From a virus, in IMG/VR virus record IMGVR_UViG_3300005613_000026, positions 23,576 through 87,575 of that record: a stretch of 64,000 nt of DNA; one strand, 5' to 3'. Position 1 is the stretch's first letter. Each line of letters opens with the position of its first letter. The position numbers were made by a program, and so were the translations under genes. Shown piece after piece: positions 42,212 through 52,784 of the stretch. A model generated the notes under the pieces. The model saw only the letters and a list, made by a program, of their open reading frames with translations. It was not told the DNA's origin and made no database searches.

Positions 42212-43786
42212 TTATTCCTCTATATCAACTATTATCAAACTATAAGTACTATCCTGATTAACCCTTAACACTCCTAGCTCTAAAGAATTCTCAAAATAAA
42301 CATACAATAAATTACCATTCTTTTTTAAACCTGTTATATTCCTTAAATACTGATAATCACTGTTGACCTCTCGAACAGTAGATCCGCTAAAATAAAGTAA
42401 TTTACCATTCTGCAACCCTAAAAACAAAGAATCATCAAATACTTCCATCGCATTTATAACAGAATCCGTTTCATATAAAGAATTAACAACCATTTCATCA
42501 ACATCTAGATACTGAGCAGTATTACTAGCCACTGATTCTAAAACATTCGTATATCTCTGAAGAATACCTTTATTATCACTGTCTTTAATCGCTATATACA
42601 TAGCGGAATCGTAAGGATGCAAAGCAGTAGCCACTCCTGACAAGGATGAAACTAAAACAGTATTCTTATATAATTGAGGTATATCACTAGGATTTGAATC
42701 GCTGCCAAAAGCATACCATATATCAGACCCATCTTGAACGAAAGCAGAAATCTCAATATTAGATAAAGATTTATAAGTTCTAAAATATTTACTAGAAATA
42801 TCGCTAATAACAACATTATTTCCATAATCTCTAAATCTAGCCTGAATAATTTTTACACCATCAATTGGCAAACCATCATCTCCGTTAGGTATCGTCCATG
42901 TAGATACTTCTGACATTTTTTGATACTGTCCTTGTCCTCCGCTACTAATAGTTCCTGCTCCCGAAACATTTATCTGCTCTATTTTATAATCTTTAACTCC
43001 TGTTGTTCCATCTGAAGCTTTTACTTCTAAAACTAGATTACTTTTATTTGTATATTCTTCATTATCCCTAACCTTTATTTGACCGTAAGGAGGAAGTGTA
43101 TCAACTAAAAAATAATTAATATTATTAATTGTAATATCGTTTATAAATACAGGCTCTGAAACCTTGTCCTCATCTACTATCTCGAATTTTAAACTATAAT
43201 CAGAAGCAGTGGGCAAACTACTAACATCCCAATTAATTTGACCACTTCCCATCATTATATTTGATATCCCTAGAGTCCAATCTATTTCTTGTTCATCTGA
43301 TTTATAATACATCTGATAAAAAGATCTTTGAGAACACCTGCCAACTACCCCCTTATTATCAAAAACTATAGGTATATAAGAAAAATATGTTGTATCAGGT
43401 GTCGGTTTAAAAATAGCTGGTATAGGCAACTTTCTATTAGATATAACAAAATCATTGGCAGAAAAAACTAAAGGACCTCTTTCTCCTAAAGAATTAGCTA
43501 CCCTCATAGATATTCTACATTTCTTGCCTTTTAAATTATTGTTAACGTTGTATTCAAAAGAAGTATTACCTATAGGAATAGATGCAATTTGTACTAAATT
43601 CCTATTGTCTCTAGACTCATAATTATCAACTATAAAAATCTCATACCACGCAACATTTGTATTATCTGATATCGACGAAGGTTCTGTCCAAGTAACTTCT
43701 ATACTATTACTCGTAATATTCTCCCCTCCGTTGGGATATGTTATTGCAGGAGTATCTGTTAAAATATTAAAAGTTTTATGTGGCAT
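42212..43786 (-). CDS. Putative virion protein (524 aa) with FN3/Ig-like domains
   Basis: ITYPNGGE...VTWT; DTLPPYG...ASDGTTGV...FRDYGNN. Confidence 0.6.
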   Translation of the reverse strand: MPHKTFNILTDTPAITYPNGGENITSNSIEVTWTEPSSISDNTNVAWYEIFIVDNYESRDNRNLVQIASIPIGNTSFEYNVNNNLKGKKCRISMRVANSLGERGPLVFSANDFVISNRKLPIPAIFKPTPDTTYFSYIPIVFDNKGVVGRCSQRSFYQMYYKSDEQEIDWTLGISNIMMGSGQINWDVSSLPTASDYSLKFEIVDEDKVSEPVFINDITINNINYFLVDTLPPYGQIKVRDNEEYTNKSNLVLEVKASDGTTGVKDYKIEQINVSGAGTISSGGQGQYQKMSEVSTWTIPNGDDGLPIDGVKIIQARFRDYGNNVVISDISSKYFRTYKSLSNIEISAFVQDGSDIWYAFGSDSNPSDIPQLYKNTVLVSSLSGVATALHPYDSAMYIAIKDSDNKGILQRYTNVLESVASNTAQYLDVDEMVVNSLYETDSVINAMEVFDDSLFLGLQNGKLLYFSGSTVREVNSDYQYLRNITGLKKNGNLLYVYFENSLELGVLRVNQDSTYSLIIVDIEE

Positions 43787-43790
43787 TTAT

Positions 43791-46700
43791 CTATTCCTGT
43801 TTATCATTTCTAAAATAATCTGGTTTACCAAATAAAAAGGAAGAGTCATCTACATTATAATATTGTTGAAAACTATTCAAATCCAAAGCTTTCCCTATTT
43901 TATTAGTAACTACCTGAAGATATATTTCTTCAGGATCTAAATTCTGATATTTAGCAGCTTCATTCTCGTTAAGAACCAAATTATAAATATCACTAGTATC
44001 AGATTCACATATAGAAGTAGATACATCATCTGGGAACACTATCTGTATAAAACCTTTTCCATCCTTATTAAATACTCCATCATCTTTATTAATCTGAAAA
44101 TCTCCATGATAAGTCTTATTATCATCTTCCTTAGAGGTGAATGCTTTATCGAAGATATCATCTACTCCAGTTTGAATAACATTAAAACTTAAGTCGCTTA
44201 TATCATAAGATTGTTCTTTAGTAAACACTGCTGAAAAGTATATCGTTGTTGGATTATACTCTATTAAACCATCGGCGGTATTAGCATTATCTCCTTCATT
44301 GCTCTTGAAAAGAGACAAAATAGGATAACCATTATAAGAAGGAACAGAAATTGTCCTCTCTTGATCCTTATAAAATCTAAAGAAATATTCTGAAATATCT
44401 ATATTTACAAAAAATTCTATACAAAAAGTTCTAGATATACCATAAGAAGTTAATATCTGACAACAAATTCTTCTTATTCCATTTATTTTACTTATCTTCC
44501 ATGGAACAACTACTCTGCTACCATCTATACTATAAGCGTCAAAGTCTTGATCATCTTGAGTAGCAGTGCCAGTCTCATAATATAAAGCCTCGTCAATATT
44601 TATCCAGTCATTCCACTCAAGGTCTTCTGCTCCTCTAAGTCTTAAAGCATATGCTCCTGGAAGACTATTTATCTCTAAACGAATGTCTTGTTTAGTTACA
44701 ACTGGAATCACTTTGTCTCTACTAACAACCAAAGAACCATCTGTATCCTGCTCATATACCCTCATTGATAGATTCCCCACAGAAGAGCCCAATAGAATAC
44801 TAGTTCCTGGATAACAAATAGATTCAAGATCAGAACCTTCATCAATTTCTGGAATATCTGGAATAGAAGTTGACATAGGACAAACATGATAATACAAATT
44901 AGAAGAATCGTGCGAAGATACATAAAAATTATTAGCTATATCTACAACTAGATTTGGATATAAACCTCTATCAATCATTTTTTCATCGTACATTCCCTGC
45001 CCAGAGCAATATAATAAATCGCTATCAGATATCCAATGTGCTCCATATATTTTATAACCATTAGATCTTCTAGTCTGCCATACTACTCTGAACATATTAA
45101 AATCATTAGCCCTAACAGTGCTAAATAAGTTTGGGCTATTATCTGATGTAACTCTAAGATCCGTTCCACCTTGAGCGCTACATAACCAGTGTTTTCTGTC
45201 AGCATCCACATCTCTTCCCCATGTGTCAACATTATCGCAATCCACTGTTAAAGATATTGTTTCTAAAAATCTCATTTCTAAAGAATATATATCGTAAACT
45301 TCTATATCTACATAATATTTAGCTCCACAAATTAAGGGCCTCTCTGTAATCGAATTACCATCATTATTTAACAAATAATCTTTCTGATTTTCGCTTAAAG
45401 ATGAGGGGAGCACTTCAGGATCATATGTAATATCCATTGTTTCTCCTGGCAATACAGTCACCCCACTTGTGTTAACTTTTCTAAACGCCCCATCATCGTA
45501 GTACCATCTTTTCGTATCTGTAGCGCTAAATGAAGAAAGAACTACCTTCGACTTAGCAGAATCTGAAAAAATAGTAACTCTAAAATGGAATTTATTCGTA
45601 GCATTAGAATCAATTTCAGCATTGTTAGCAAAAGAAAAATCTATTGTACCAGATTCATATTCAGAAGATGGGCAATAAAACATAGTATAATCTGTTTCTT
45701 CATGATCTGGTCTCTGTCTGAATATAGCAGTAACATTCCTATCTGTAGTCATAGGAACAATAAGAGAAATACCGCTTTCGTATACATCATTATCCGTATA
45801 TCTCCATTCTGAGAAATAATAACCAGATGAAGGTATTGGATTTAAAGTTTGAGTCGTATAATCGCAATAATATCCTGTACTAGGAGAAACTTTTCCTTTA
45901 CCAATTATTTCTACTTCTAAATAATTTTTTGTACATTCTTGTTCTTCAAAGTACACAGTAACAGTAACAGGACTAGACACATACATAGAAACATCTATTT
46001 GAAGTGCAGTAGAACTCTGATCTACTCCATTTACCTCCCATTTTTGCACCCCATAACCATTTGATGGATCTGCTAATATAGTCACTTCCGTGCCTGGCAG
46101 AGCGACAGTACCTCCAGAACACGGTTTATTTACCCAGTAAATAGATGGATCTGGAGACTTTAATTCTATACATCCTTGACCTCCTCCAACTTCTAAAGTT
46201 AAATGAGAACCAGAGTGTTCAAATTCCACTGAAACCGTCACGTCTGAAGAGGGCATCTCAATAGTGATGTTTTCTTTATCTGCCGAGATACTAGTATAAG
46301 TAACTGGGACCGAGGTATTCCATTTTTTTACTACCCATCCTCCAGATGCTGGTCTAGCTTTTATTGTAATACTTTCGCCTTCTACAAAATCAGCAGCGCA
46401 TCCAGACTCTCCAAGAGAATATTCTGTCCATGTCCCGTCCCCATTAAGACAACCAGGCTGCCTAATTGTTCCCTCTCCTAAATCAACAATAGTAGTTAAA
46501 CAATAGATACTATCCGTCTCACCTTCCTCCCCCTCAGTAGTTCCTCCATTAGTCCCTCCATTAGTCCCTCCATTAGTCCCTCCTCCTGAATCTATAATTT
46601 CTATATCTCCGATTACTACAGATTCTCCCGAACCTGGATCGGGAAAGACTGGAGCATTAGGATCTGATATGCGTCTTAATTGAACATAAAAATCATAAGA

Positions 46701-47393
46701 GCCCTGGTTCTCGTATATATAATCAGCATTATAAGATGGAGAAACAGAAATTAATTCTAAATCATTAGAAGCCAGATGATCAGCGTCTATATAGATACAT
46801 GTGTTGCCGCACGGAATCATCTTAGCAGAAGTAGATTCTTCTGCAAAATAATAAAAACCTTTCCCATCAACCTCTGAAGTTTCAGTTATAGCATTTCCAA
46901 TATATTTTGTTTGGTCTGAATCTGAACAAATATTATTTTCAGCGTTTCCGTAACTCCCAATATAAGCCTTTACCTTAACACCATTGATAGGTTGATCATA
47001 AGTAGTATATACACGACCCCATACATAATTCTTTGATAAACTGACTATTATATTTTGACTAGTTTCTTCTCTAGAATTAAAAGAATAAATCTGAGGTCCC
47101 CCAAGAGCGAAAGACGAGATAGGCAAATAATAAGTAGGCAATTCAGTTGCGTTAGTAATACAAGAAACATCTATAGTAGAAACATCTACAGTAAAATAAA
47201 ACGGATAACGAGTATCTAAAGTAGAATTAGGATAATCTGGACTTTGCAAAAAATAAGAGCCATCTACATCAGAAACTGTTTCAGTAATAATCTCAGTATT
47301 TACACCCCAATGCATAACAAGGGATAAACGTACACTCTGCCAAGGACGATTCCATTTATCTAATACTTTACCACTAATCTTAAAATAAGCCAT
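43791..47393 (-). CDS. Putative virion protein (1200 aa): carboxypeptidase-regulatory-like domains, Gly-rich linker, three InlB B-repeat-like domains
   Basis: ISGKVLD...SDVDGSY; ARPASGGWVVKKW, ADPSNGYGVQKW, PIPSSGYYFSEW...MTTDRNVTAIF. Confidence 0.65.
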   Translation of the reverse strand: MAYFKISGKVLDKWNRPWQSVRLSLVMHWGVNTEIITETVSDVDGSYFLQSPDYPNSTLDTRYPFYFTVDVSTIDVSCITNATELPTYYLPISSFALGGPQIYSFNSREETSQNIIVSLSKNYVWGRVYTTYDQPINGVKVKAYIGSYGNAENNICSDSDQTKYIGNAITETSEVDGKGFYYFAEESTSAKMIPCGNTCIYIDADHLASNDLELISVSPSYNADYIYENQGSYDFYVQLRRISDPNAPVFPDPGSGESVVIGDIEIIDSGGGTNGGTNGGTNGGTTEGEEGETDSIYCLTTIVDLGEGTIRQPGCLNGDGTWTEYSLGESGCAADFVEGESITIKARPASGGWVVKKWNTSVPVTYTSISADKENITIEMPSSDVTVSVEFEHSGSHLTLEVGGGQGCIELKSPDPSIYWVNKPCSGGTVALPGTEVTILADPSNGYGVQKWEVNGVDQSSTALQIDVSMYVSSPVTVTVYFEEQECTKNYLEVEIIGKGKVSPSTGYYCDYTTQTLNPIPSSGYYFSEWRYTDNDVYESGISLIVPMTTDRNVTAIFRQRPDHEETDYTMFYCPSSEYESGTIDFSFANNAEIDSNATNKFHFRVTIFSDSAKSKVVLSSFSATDTKRWYYDDGAFRKVNTSGVTVLPGETMDITYDPEVLPSSLSENQKDYLLNNDGNSITERPLICGAKYYVDIEVYDIYSLEMRFLETISLTVDCDNVDTWGRDVDADRKHWLCSAQGGTDLRVTSDNSPNLFSTVRANDFNMFRVVWQTRRSNGYKIYGAHWISDSDLLYCSGQGMYDEKMIDRGLYPNLVVDIANNFYVSSHDSSNLYYHVCPMSTSIPDIPEIDEGSDLESICYPGTSILLGSSVGNLSMRVYEQDTDGSLVVSRDKVIPVVTKQDIRLEINSLPGAYALRLRGAEDLEWNDWINIDEALYYETGTATQDDQDFDAYSIDGSRVVVPWKISKINGIRRICCQILTSYGISRTFCIEFFVNIDISEYFFRFYKDQERTISVPSYNGYPILSLFKSNEGDNANTADGLIEYNPTTIYFSAVFTKEQSYDISDLSFNVIQTGVDDIFDKAFTSKEDDNKTYHGDFQINKDDGVFNKDGKGFIQIVFPDDVSTSICESDTSDIYNLVLNENEAAKYQNLDPEEIYLQVVTNKIGKALDLNSFQQYYNVDDSSFLFGKPDYFRNDKQE
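46543..46583. repeat. 12-bp tandem repeat x3.4 (CCTCCATTAGTC) encoding a GGTN linker
   Basis: Exact in-frame copies visible in the sequence. Confidence 0.9.
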
Positions 47394-47408
47394 TTATTAT
47401 CTCTTAAA

Positions 47409-50400
47409 TTATATAGAACCAGTTATCTTTGCATAAAGAATCTGATCAAAAATACCATCTTCTTTTTGAGGGATATATGTAATTTCTACAATAGATCCCT
47501 TTGTTAATTGAACTCCCTCTAAAGCACTTTCCGTATAAGTCCCTACTACATCAAAAGCTTGATTATTAATATACCAACCTTTGTCACTGGTCTGACTATT
47601 AACTGATGCCACCAAGTCTGTTAAATTAGTATCAGAATAAAATTGTATGATAAAATTATATAACCCTGAGACAGGAACATTATATTGTATTCTACAAGCA
47701 CATTCTACAAAAGTAGGATAAGTCCCTTCTAAGATAGAAGCATCACATGTGTTCTTAGAACATTCATATCCCGATAAAGATCTAGCAGCATATATAGAAT
47801 ATTCTCCATCCCTATTATCGTGCCAAGTTATCATTCTTTTTCCACTTCTAGAAACCGCTACAGACGGAGATAAACTATTACTAGTAGTATCTGTAATTTT
47901 AGTATCAAATCTAAAAGGTCTATACTTGTTTGTAGAATTACTTGTGTATATATTCCAATAATTATCTCTATTAGACTGCCAAGCGATATGAACATCATCG
48001 CAATACCCTAAAGATATATCTAATCCATTATTTATACCTTCCATAGTAATAGGAACTTGTGTAAGATTACTTGCATTAAAAACTTGATAAAAATTCAAAG
48101 AAGTTGACAAAGACCCACTTGTCTCATCTGTATTCTCTATCTGAAAATAAATATAATCATATTGAGAAACATTGAATTTTATTACATAATTTCCTTTCTC
48201 AGTTGTATTTTCTAAAATTTGCTCATCTATTAAATTATTCATTGTCTCATCATATATTCTATAAGTATTATTGTTAACTTCTAATTCACTAATAATAATT
48301 GTATCTATATTTCGAACATCATATAAAGAACTTGTATTTGTTTCTCCTTTATTATGACTAAAAACATAAGTCATATCTGTATAAAGAATTTTAGGAATAA
48401 ATCCGAATTCCACATCTTCATCTCTATTGTCATAATACGCACTGGCTTGTTCAGTAAAGACAGAAGGATCTGCAATAACAGAACTAGATACTCTAAACTT
48501 AGTCATATTCATAACATTATCCGCTACAGATATAATATCTCTATTAACATCATAAGTAGGAGAAGTTATCTGTATATTACTAATATTCATTGTTGTCTGG
48601 ATATTATCATAAATAGACATTTTATGAGGAGTCATTTTATCCGCTAAATAATATCCTCCATAAGGAACTCCAAAACCAAAATCAATCTGAGGATAATTAA
48701 AATCCAAAGTAGATATGAAAGATTGAGAAAAAACTAAAATTCCATCTTTTAATAAAGTCACAATTCCTACAAATCTATCTTCATAAGAACCATCATAAAC
48801 CCCCAAAGCTCCAATAACCTCTTCAGAATCTATTCTTCTATATGTTACAATAAACTCATATCTACTATCTCTAGAAATATCAAATTCCTCTGGAAATTCT
48901 CTAGCAATAAAATAATCAGACCTAAGGTCATTATCTTCTTGAGTTTTAACCAAAGCAACCATTTTAGCTTTGCCTGTATATACCTCATGCTCTTCGCTGG
49001 GTATATAGCCTTCTAACCCCTGTGTGCTCTCATACTCTCCATAACTTTGAACATTAGTAGCCTTAAATCTACTTTTTTCTAACATTATACCAAAAACAAA
49101 ATCTTTAACATTATTATCTTCCTTAAGTATCTTAACTTCAAATAAGTCTGAAGGATCACTGCTCCCGTGCTCATACGCTCCGAATAGTGGAACCATCCTA
49201 TCATAAATATTATCTTTTCTACCTATAATAAATCTATTATTGTTTTTACTGTAAGTAGGACAATTAGTACTAGATGTTGAAGTGTCTATATCAAAACCAG
49301 ACTTCCAACTATCAAATATTTCATCTATTTCTTTGTCATCATACGATGACTCGATACTTGTTAAAATAGAATCATTTTGAGTCAAAGACATATTCATACT
49401 AAAAGATACTTGATAATTAATTTGATCATATTGTATCGCTGAATCTAGTCCACTCTCTTCCGCAAAAACCATACTATTTACAGCTATCGCAGTATCTTCT
49501 AATGGATTAGCAGAAATAGTTAAATCTTCCAAATAGTATCCGTTATCTGTCTTTGTTACAGAACCAGATGCAGAACTTTGAACCACCCACTCATTATCTA
49601 CTAATGATTGAGTATCATATTCTGGAATAGGGCTATATTCACTACTAGTAGCAGAGATTAAAGGAGATACTGATAAATAGATATCTGATTCTATATCCCC
49701 TCTTAACAAAGAAGCATATTTATCAAAACAAGATGATAAGGCAAAATGAGAATTAGAAAGCAGATTAGTACCCAAACAACCATAGTATAATTGATCATTT
49801 CCAGATCTATCACTTTCCCAAATGACATGTAAACTATCTCTAGTGTCTACTAAAATTTTGGGATTCTTATTATTACCACTACTAGTCATGGGAAGCCATT
49901 CTTCTGTTCTAGGAGTACCAAACTCATCTGATGAAGAATAAGCACTGTTAGAAGACGTATAATAAGAATAGGATTTTAAGTACAATTGACTGTAATTCCC
50001 ATCCATGACCTCAGACACAATTGCTACAATACCCTCATCCAACATATTAGTACTTCTGGGCACATGGTAAATATTAGTTGCAAAATCAAAATTTAATATC
50101 TTTTTCCAAGGAATCTCACCAGACGTTCCATAATTTTCTTCATAGCGGTTAATAACCATATCCCCGCCATTTTGGAAATTAGCAAGACTACTATCTATAA
50201 AATCTAAAGTTGTGTTTTTTCTATAAAAAACAGCTGGCACACAAAGTAACCATCCTGATATAGTAACATTTGTATCTTCCGCACGTCCTAAGACTATGAA
50301 ACTTCCTGTATATTCATCTATTTCTCTACCAATTAATTTAATTGATTGATATCCAATAGCTTTATCATGAAGATAAACATATATATCACTTACTGATGGA

Positions 50401-51464
50401 TTATCTACTTCTTCTAAATAACTGTATGCTTCTGATGTTATATGAATTCTAAAATTGCTATCAACAGTTTTAGATTCTACTGCCACAACTTGTTTGAAAA
50501 GCCCTTGGGTTGTCATTGAACCTGGAGTCCCAATACGATATAATCTATTTGTGGCTCTTTGAATTTCTGTAGCATCTGTAGACTCTACCTCAGCAGTAGC
50601 GAATTGTTGCAATATAGAGCCATCCGATAAAGCCGCAATCCTACTAGGTCTGATTCTGCAAAAATCTTGAGTAGTAATCGCTTCATCTTCCGTACAATAA
50701 GTAGGAATATCCGCGGGATCTACTGTTGGGTCTATCGGAGTCCCTGGTTGATCTGGCACCTCTGGCTCTTCATAGCATTCAGGAGGAGCAGTCCATGTAT
50801 ATGGGTCATAATCAGGATCATCACATCTTGGATCTCTATCTGCAAGAGTTGCTAATTGATGAGGAATAACAGATACATACGAACCTGTAAAATGTTTAGA
50901 CGTGTAATTATCTTCTGCCGAATAAAAATAGATAGGATATTTTTGAACAATATCAACCGATGACACTTCTAAAAGATCTTCTCCCCTAAAATGAATTGAA
51001 CCTGTTCCATCATCTTTAGTTAATATAGGATATTGCTTATTATTTATAGAAAAAACAGTTTTCGTGTTAGGAGAAGATAAAATCTTAATAGAGCCACTAT
51101 GTTTAGGACCAATAATGGATGGCTCGATTATCAACTCTCCATCAAAATCTTTAGATTCTGCAACTACCACTCCAAAAACAGCAGAGCAAATTTCTATTCT
51201 CTCAGACTCTCCATTAATCTCCCTATATACATGAGCAAAAACTGTAACCAAAGACTGAGAAAAATCATCTGGCAGACCTAAATCTAAACTATTTGAAATC
51301 TCATCTGCATATACTACAAGAATACTCTTAGACAAAGTAGCATTCTCAAATTCCAACTTATATCTTTCATCATCTCCTAATTGAGGTAAACCCGTTATCT
51401 CATACGAAATGTTAGAAGCCTGTTCTATTGTACCGAACTGAGGTTTTAAAGTTAATTTAGCCAT
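47409..51464 (-). CDS. Putative virion protein (1351 aa) with partial propeller blades and a Pro/Cys/Asp-rich linker
   Basis: LHVIWESDRSG, VHIAWQSNRD, MITWHDNRDG blades; CDDPDYDPY...PEVPDQPGTP linker. Confidence 0.55.
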   Translation of the reverse strand: MAKLTLKPQFGTIEQASNISYEITGLPQLGDDERYKLEFENATLSKSILVVYADEISNSLDLGLPDDFSQSLVTVFAHVYREINGESERIEICSAVFGVVVAESKDFDGELIIEPSIIGPKHSGSIKILSSPNTKTVFSINNKQYPILTKDDGTGSIHFRGEDLLEVSSVDIVQKYPIYFYSAEDNYTSKHFTGSYVSVIPHQLATLADRDPRCDDPDYDPYTWTAPPECYEEPEVPDQPGTPIDPTVDPADIPTYCTEDEAITTQDFCRIRPSRIAALSDGSILQQFATAEVESTDATEIQRATNRLYRIGTPGSMTTQGLFKQVVAVESKTVDSNFRIHITSEAYSYLEEVDNPSVSDIYVYLHDKAIGYQSIKLIGREIDEYTGSFIVLGRAEDTNVTISGWLLCVPAVFYRKNTTLDFIDSSLANFQNGGDMVINRYEENYGTSGEIPWKKILNFDFATNIYHVPRSTNMLDEGIVAIVSEVMDGNYSQLYLKSYSYYTSSNSAYSSSDEFGTPRTEEWLPMTSSGNNKNPKILVDTRDSLHVIWESDRSGNDQLYYGCLGTNLLSNSHFALSSCFDKYASLLRGDIESDIYLSVSPLISATSSEYSPIPEYDTQSLVDNEWVVQSSASGSVTKTDNGYYLEDLTISANPLEDTAIAVNSMVFAEESGLDSAIQYDQINYQVSFSMNMSLTQNDSILTSIESSYDDKEIDEIFDSWKSGFDIDTSTSSTNCPTYSKNNNRFIIGRKDNIYDRMVPLFGAYEHGSSDPSDLFEVKILKEDNNVKDFVFGIMLEKSRFKATNVQSYGEYESTQGLEGYIPSEEHEVYTGKAKMVALVKTQEDNDLRSDYFIAREFPEEFDISRDSRYEFIVTYRRIDSEEVIGALGVYDGSYEDRFVGIVTLLKDGILVFSQSFISTLDFNYPQIDFGFGVPYGGYYLADKMTPHKMSIYDNIQTTMNISNIQITSPTYDVNRDIISVADNVMNMTKFRVSSSVIADPSVFTEQASAYYDNRDEDVEFGFIPKILYTDMTYVFSHNKGETNTSSLYDVRNIDTIIISELEVNNNTYRIYDETMNNLIDEQILENTTEKGNYVIKFNVSQYDYIYFQIENTDETSGSLSTSLNFYQVFNASNLTQVPITMEGINNGLDISLGYCDDVHIAWQSNRDNYWNIYTSNSTNKYRPFRFDTKITDTTSNSLSPSVAVSRSGKRMITWHDNRDGEYSIYAARSLSGYECSKNTCDASILEGTYPTFVECACRIQYNVPVSGLYNFIIQFYSDTNLTDLVASVNSQTSDKGWYINNQAFDVVGTYTESALEGVQLTKGSIVEITYIPQKEDGIFDQILYAKITGSI

Positions 51465-52554
51465 ATAATTCTTTTACCATATCTTCAAATAAGTGACTTA
51501 CTGTTCTATAATCAAATCTATCTCTAACATAAGAATAAGCCTGAGATATCATCGATTTGGTCTCCTGTGGATTCTGTAAAATTTTTCTCATTGTTTTCTG
51601 TATATTCTTTACTTCTATAAAAGCCCATTTTTTATTCTTAAACTGGGGAATAGCATCCATGTTTTGGCGAAAAATGTATCCTGTAGGTTCTAGCAATACC
51701 GCCGTATCTCCATTGGCATAATCCACACAGCCTGAAAAATTCGTTATAATCACTGGCACCTCTAATGCCATGCATTGCAATCCTGGGTATCCAAAACCCT
51801 CTCCAAGAGTAGGAGATACTAAACAATCCACAGATTTTATAAATCTAGGCAAAGATGCCTCATCGAATACTTTATTTTCTAATAAAATAGGTGCAAATCC
51901 TTTGTTTATTCCCATTTGTTTCTTAATTCTATCTATATATTTTTCTGCTTCTTTAGATCTATCTGTTTTGATAACAAGTTGAACATCATCTTTATCTGTA
52001 AATTCTCTAAACCAAGCCTCTATAAGCTGAGGATATCCTTTTCTCTCTTTCCAAGTGCCCATGAATAAAAACGTAAATTTATCATAATTATATAAAGGCT
52101 TAACTTTGCTGTTATAAATAGAAAAATCTATACAATGAGGTATGTAATAAAGAGGCTTATTAATAGATTCATGAGCAAAAACATGATAATTAAATTTAGA
52201 AGGAACTATTATAGCATCATTTTTATTCAATATATCAATCCAGCCACGAGGAGGCTTAAAAGTCTCAAAAGTGGCAAATCCTATACTTTTCTTTAATGTT
52301 GGTTCTCTTTTTTGCATAGTAGGAATGCAATGATATATAAGTATTCTATCAATATCAGTTTTCTTCTTAGCCATTTTCATAAAATACTCATATTTTTCAT
52401 CACTTATTGCAGCCCTTGTCGGTTTTTCTCCAAAAATTCTTAATTTTATATCAAATTTATTACTCTGATAAAGAGCTCCTATCAAATTCTGGGCAGCCTG
52501 AGAATAACCAGATTGATTCAAAAAACAAGCATAGTTCAACTTAACCTGACTCAA
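51457..52554 (-). CDS. Glycosyltransferase family 4 (GT-B)
   Basis: SGYSQAA...FET...FLFMGTWKERKG...LVSPTLGEGFGYPGLQCMA..VPVIIT. TTG start after GGAG. Confidence 0.88.
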   Translation of the reverse strand: MSQVKLNYACFLNQSGYSQAAQNLIGALYQSNKFDIKLRIFGEKPTRAAISDEKYEYFMKMAKKKTDIDRILIYHCIPTMQKREPTLKKSIGFATFETFKPPRGWIDILNKNDAIIVPSKFNYHVFAHESINKPLYYIPHCIDFSIYNSKVKPLYNYDKFTFLFMGTWKERKGYPQLIEAWFREFTDKDDVQLVIKTDRSKEAEKYIDRIKKQMGINKGFAPILLENKVFDEASLPRFIKSVDCLVSPTLGEGFGYPGLQCMALEVPVIITNFSGCVDYANGDTAVLLEPTGYIFRQNMDAIPQFKNKKWAFIEVKNIQKTMRKILQNPQETKSMISQAYSYVRDRFDYRTVSHLFEDMVKELYG

Positions 52555-52748
52555 CTAATATATCTCCACAAAAATACTACACACTGACAATAATACTATC
52601 GTCATCGAGTACCTTTGCGAAAAACTTTTCTAACTGGTTACTAGTTATATTTTTCTTTCCATATATCGAATGGAACAACTTATGACAAGATGGACAAAGT
52701 GTTATCCCATTATTAACATCGGTTCTCAATTCTATATTCTCAGCTAAC
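52551..52748 (-). pseudogene. 5'-truncated HNH endonuclease remnant
   Basis: Manual translation LAENIELRTDVNNGITLCPSCHKLFHSIYGKK... is preceded in frame by TAA TAG, with no start and no first His of the HNH motif. Confidence 0.7.
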
Positions 52749-52784
52749 TATTATAGGAGAAATCATCTTTTTATTTTAAAAAAA

